Source of the DNA: the human T2T-CHM13v2.0 reference genome, Homo sapiens
Strand: one strand, 5' to 3'
NCBI RefSeq assembly: GCF_009914755.1
Contig: NC_060939.1
Length of the DNA: 64,000 nucleotides
The position numbers and the translations under genes are program-made. The notes under the pieces were generated by a model. It had not been told where the DNA came from. It was given only the letters and a program-made list of their open reading frames with translations, and made no database searches. Positions 55,500 to 64,000 of the stretch are shown here, piece by piece. How positions within the stretch are numbered: position 1 is the stretch's first letter; every line of letters starts with the position of its first letter.

Positions 55500-57290
55500 G
55501 TTTTAATAATTTTTATTTTTATTTTAAATTCAGAGGGTACATATGCAGTTTTGTTGCATGGGAATATTTTGTGATGAGGGTACATATGCAGTTTTGTTGC
55601 ATGGGAATATTGTGTGTTGCATGGGAATATTGTGTGATACAAATGATCCCATCACCCAGGTTGTGAGCACAATACCTGATAGTTTGTGAACTGTAGCCCT
55701 ATCTCTCCTTACTCTGCTAGACACCCGTATCTATTGTTGGCAATTTTATTTCAACGAGTACTCAATGTTTAGTTCCTGCTTACAAGTGACAACATGTAGT
55801 ATTTGGTTTTCTCTTCCTGTGTTAATTGATTTAGGACAATGGCCTCCAGCTGCAATCATGTTGCAGCAAAGGATTTGATTTTATTCTTTTTCATGGCTGT
55901 GTCCATGGTATATATGGACCAATTTTTTTTTAATTCAGTCCACCATTGGTAGGCACCTAGGTTGACTGCATATCTTTGCTATTGTGAATTGTGTTGCAAT
56001 GAACACACTACGGCAGGTGTCTTTTTGCTAGAACAATTTATTTTCTTTTAGATGTATACCCAGTAATGGGATTGCTGAGTCAAATAGTAGCTCCATCTTA
56101 AGTTCTTTAGGAAATTCCAAACTGTTTTCCAAAGTGGCTGAACTAATTTACATTTCCATCAACAGTCAATAAGCATTCCCTTTTCTCTGCAGCCTTGCCA
56201 GCATCTGGGGTTTTTGTTGTTGTTGTTGTTTTTGCTTTTTAACAATAAGGATTCTGACTGGTGTGAGATGGTATTTCATTGTGGGTTTGATTTGCATTTC
56301 TCTGATGATTTTTGATGTTGAGCATTTTTTCATATGTTTACTGGCTGCTTGTATTTTTTTGTGAGATGTATCTGCTAATGTCTTTTGCTTGCTTTCTTAA
56401 TGGGGCTATTTGCTTTTTGTTTATTGAATTGTGTAAATTCCTTATACATTCTGAATATTAGACCTTTTTCAGATATATATTTTGTGAATATGTCTCCCAT
56501 TCTGTAGGTTGTCTATTTACTCTGTTGATAGTTTCTTTTGTTGTTCAGAAGCTCTTTAGTTTAATTAGTTCTCACTTGTCAATTTTTGTTTTCGTATCAA
56601 TTGCTTTTGAGGACTTAGTCATAAATTCTTTCTCAAGGCTGATGTCCAAAATGGTGGTTTTGGGCTGTTGACATTGTGGTTGTTGTTTTTTATTAACTTA
56701 ATGCATTACACTAATTACTTTTGTATGTTGAACCAAAGTTCTTGGGATAAATACCCTTGATCACAATGTATAATCATTTGTATATGTTGCTGATTTGTTT
56801 ACTCGTGTTTCCTTGAGGACTTTTCCTCTATATTCTTTAGTCATATTTGCCTATAATTTCCTTTTCTTCTAATGTCTGTCTAGTTGTGGTATCTGAGTAA
56901 AATAGCCTCAGAAAATTGCATTGGAAGGGATTGCTTCTCTGTTCTTCTGTTTGTTTGTTTTTGTTTTGGATCACCAGGATTCTTGTAGTTTGAGGTTTTC
57001 CATTTAAATATTTTATACGTCTTGAGTCATTTTTTGCATGTGGTGAAAGACGGGTCCAGTTTCATTCTTCTGCATATGACTAGTAGCACCATTTGTTGAA
57101 TAAGGAGTCCTTCCCACATTGCTTATTTTTATCAATTTTGTCAAAGATCAGATGGCTTTAGGTGTGTGGCTTTATTTATGATTTCTCTATTCTGTTCCAT
57201 TGGTCTATGTATCTGTTTTGGTACCAGTACCATGCTGTTTTGGTCACTGTAGCCTTGTAATATAGTTTGAAGTTGGGTAATGTGATGCCT
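55500..57290 (-). mobile_element. Old 5'-truncated primate L1 (L1PA15/16 or L1PB-like)
   Basis: gtacatatgcag...acccagtaatgggattgctg...cagaagctctttagtttaattag...ggtaccagtaccatgctgttttgg...gtgatgcct. Confidence 0.85.
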
Positions 57291-58302
57291 AGAAAGCTAA
57301 GATTTCAACATGGATTGTCTTGAATCTGCAGATCCATTTTGAATGTATTGCCATCCTAAGACTATTAAACCTTCTGATCAATGACCATCAAATATTTTTC
57401 CACTTATTTAGTTTCTTTAAATGTTTTCAATGCCTTTTTGTTTTCAGTGCACATATCTTGCAGTTATTTTGTTAAATTTATTCCTAAGTATATTTTGATG
57501 ATATTTTAAATGGAATTGTTTTTTGAGTTTTACCTTTAGATTCTTCATTGCTACAGTATACAAATACAATTAATTTTTGTATATTGATCTTGTATGCCGC
57601 AACCTTGCTGAAGTTGATTTTTTTTAGTTCTAATCATATTTTAGTATATCCTTAGATATTATATACAAAAGACCATGTTATTTTTGAAGAGAAATAATTT
57701 GAATTCTTTCTTTTCAATATGAGTGTTTTACCTGTGTTTTTCTGGCCTAATTGCCCTCACTACAACCTCCAGTATAATGTTGAATATAAGTGGCAAGAAT
57801 AGACATCATTGTCTTGTTTACAATCTTGGGGAAACTACTGAGCTATTCATAATAGCACATGATGAGAATTTTTGTGGATGCCCTTTTTACGTTAAGAAAG
57901 TTCTCTTCTATCTCTAATTTGTTGAATGTTTATATGATAAATGGGTTTTAAATTTGTCAAATGCTTTTTCGGTATCTTTTGAGATGACAGTGTGATTATT
58001 GTTCTTCATTAATATAGTGCATTACACTAATTATTTTTGTATGTTGAACCAAAGTTCTTGGGATAAATACCCTTGATCACAATGTATAATCATTTTTATA
58101 CATTGCTGATTTGTTCACTAAAGAAGTCCTGCCTTGAGGAATTTTGCCTCTATATTCATAAGCTATATTTGTATATTTGTTTGTAATTTCCTTTTCTTCT
58201 AATGTCTGTCTAGTTGTGGTATCTGGATAAAATTGTCTCAAAGAATGCATTGAAAGTGATCTCTTCTCTGTTTTTTTATTTATTTGTTTGCTTTTGTTTT
58301 GG
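56668..58302 (+). repeat. Direct duplication, ~300-bp copies at 56668..56970 and 57985..58302
   Basis: tgtatgttgaaccaaagttcttgggataaatacccttgatcacaatgtataatcattt and tttccttttcttctaatgtctgtctagttgtggtatctg are identical in both copies. Confidence 0.9.
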
Positions 58303-59369
58303 TTGTTTTGAGACATTAATAAAGGATTGGTAGTAATCTTTAAAGGTTTAAAATAATTCAACACTGAAGTCATCTCAACCTAGGCAGGGAATTGAATCCT
58401 ACCAACAATTACATGAGCTTGGAAAAGGAACCTTCCCATGTTAAGCCTTCAGTTGAGACCTTAGTTGAGACCCGAGTCTCAGACATTCTCTGTATCTTGA
58501 TTCTTTACCTGGAGGAATTGTAATAAGAATTATTTTAAGAAGGTCTATACAGAGGCCTCTGGTCTCAGCTTCGCATCTTGATGATAAGATTGTTGCCTTT
58601 CTTCCAGTGTGGGGAAGGCACCATTCACATCTCTTGCTCTTAAAAACAGATAATAGGTCAGAATGACCTTCTTGTACTTGCTGTTTTTTCAAGTGCCTAT
58701 AATTCAAAATAGTCAATATACCAGAGTGGTATATTATTAACTCCTTCATGTCTACCATATGGAACTTCTCTAGAAGTTTCACATATTAAATGCCTAATTT
58801 GGTGGCTTTGGAGAGAAAAATCAAGTAACTGAGTGGCAAGAGATTTACGAAGGTAGAAAATAACATAGATTAAAACAAGAATAAATAAGCAAGAAAAAAA
58901 ACCCAACAAATCTAAGCACATTGCACCATTTCCCATTAACGAAGTCTCTCATCCTTGGAAATAAATCAGTCAAATAAAATTGTTGAGCCTCATTTATCTG
59001 ATGGAGAGAGATTATCTTGTCTTTTAAAAGGGCAGATTAGACACTATTTGTCTCATGTGCTTTACGTAGAAGCAACATTCTTCACCAATGATTGCACAGA
59101 TTCCACCTTTTAGGGCCTTAAATGTGCATAGTGTGACAATTATTTAAAGTATGACCAAATCTAAACTGTTAACTTCTGATTGGAGTGCTTCCAACGATTG
59201 CATAGTGACATTAAATTCTTGTTATATTACTATGAAAAAATTTATAAATGCATTTTCCAACTCATAAGTCACAGAGCCAGGAAAAAGATTTCTCAATACT
59301 AAAGAGAAGTTAGAATTATATAATAGTTCTATTTTAAATTTTTAAAATTATTCTAATGGTGTTACCTAT

Positions 59370-64000
<4,631 letters not shown>

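Overview
This is primate, almost certainly human, genomic DNA from the Prader-Willi/Angelman region (15q11-q13). The only credible protein-coding gene is the intronless POM121-derived retrogene NPAP1 (C15orf2; 1156 aa, 29534..33004, +). It has a CpG-island 5' end and a long repeat-rich 3' region that appears to end in a sense-oriented ERV1 solo LTR. The rest is non-coding: an env-less ~5.7 kb HERV-H provirus converging on NPAP1, several solo LTRs (LTR10-, MER4A-, LTR18A-, MST/MLT-like), about 13 Alu-family inserts, and L1s of many ages, including two 5'-inverted copies and an L1 nested in an L1. Beneath these repeats lies an ancient, heavily diverged multi-kb duplicated unit present in about four partial copies on both sides of NPAP1. 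The most notable observations are a 99-nt (33-codon) periodic repeat running from the NPAP1 ORF into its 3' UTR that looks like a fossil, frameshift-amputated C-terminus; an N-myristoylation-type start where POM121 has a transmembrane anchor; reciprocal TATA/polyA retention in the HERV-H LTRs; and a ~105-bp-arm inverted repeat near 1.3-1.7 kb. Repeat subfamily names come from recalled consensus sequences, and boundaries of old repeats are approximate. No alignments or searches were run.
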